From Podarcis gaigeae (lineage: Eukaryota), in assembly GCA_964106915.2 (NCBI GenBank), contig OZ066915.1: a DNA stretch of 64,000 nt, one strand, 5' to 3'. The position numbers and the translations under genes are program-made. Below, in pieces: positions 63,498 through 64,000 of the stretch (positions within the stretch are counted from its first letter, which is position 1; each line of letters opens with the position of its first letter). Under the pieces are notes generated by a model, which was given only the letters and a program-made list of their open reading frames with translations, did not search any database and was not told the DNA's origin.

Positions 63498-64000
63498 CTG
63501 CAGAATACAGATCCCTGAACTTTAATGGTTCGCTGTGTTTATCTACTAATATTTCATATAAAAGAAATTAACAAACAAAACCATTGGGCAAACCGGGAGG
63601 GGAAAAATACAAATTTTATTTCATCCACGTTGTCAAAATCAAATCACTTCACTTCTAATCAAAATCACTATCCCTTGGTAGAATATAATCAGCTTCAGAA
63701 AAGCTCTAGCAAGCTTTTGGCTCAGTAAGAAAAACCTTAAGACTGAAAAGAGTGAAAATACAGTTTTCCACATAGCTGAGGCACCCACAAAAGATTTACA
63801 TTCAATTAGATAAATTTCTAGAAAAGGTTGCCAAGCTGAGTTACACTTCAACAATTTACGTCTTCTGGTGTACATTATTCATTCTTCAATAGGCAGTATG
63901 AAGTGATCTTCAATCCAATTTTCAATTAAAAGTGCAGAAGCTGTATAATAATGTACTTCGCTGTTAATGCTGTGGCAATCAAGAGTATGGTAGTTTGGGG

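Overview
Eukaryotic genomic DNA from a squamate reptile, most likely a lacertid lizard. The repeat content is diagnostic: Sauria/Squam1 SINEs, Squam3 SINEs, BovB, CR1 and L2 LINE fragments, Tc1/mariner- and hAT-type MITEs, and solo LTRs. No intact conventional protein-coding gene is recognisable, and nearly all listed ORFs are chance ORFs or transposon remnants. There is a 361-nt assembly gap at 11306-11666. The window reads as the interior of one large minus-strand transcription unit: about seven candidate exons of 98-251 nt (61566-61343, 54853-54756, 48209-48090, 42236-42113, 31337-31197, 29081-28892, 13257-13007) have plausible splice sites but do not join into a long ORF. This suggests a multi-exon, uORF-bearing 5'UTR or a lncRNA; I could not identify the gene. 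Other notable points are a recursive-splice-like AG|GTAAGT site, inverted repeat pairs bracketing several exons (possible circRNA or A-to-I editing), a hAT MITE containing a copia-type LTR with a half-tRNAiMet primer-binding site, and several nested insertions. All repeat family names are from recognition by eye, not database searches.
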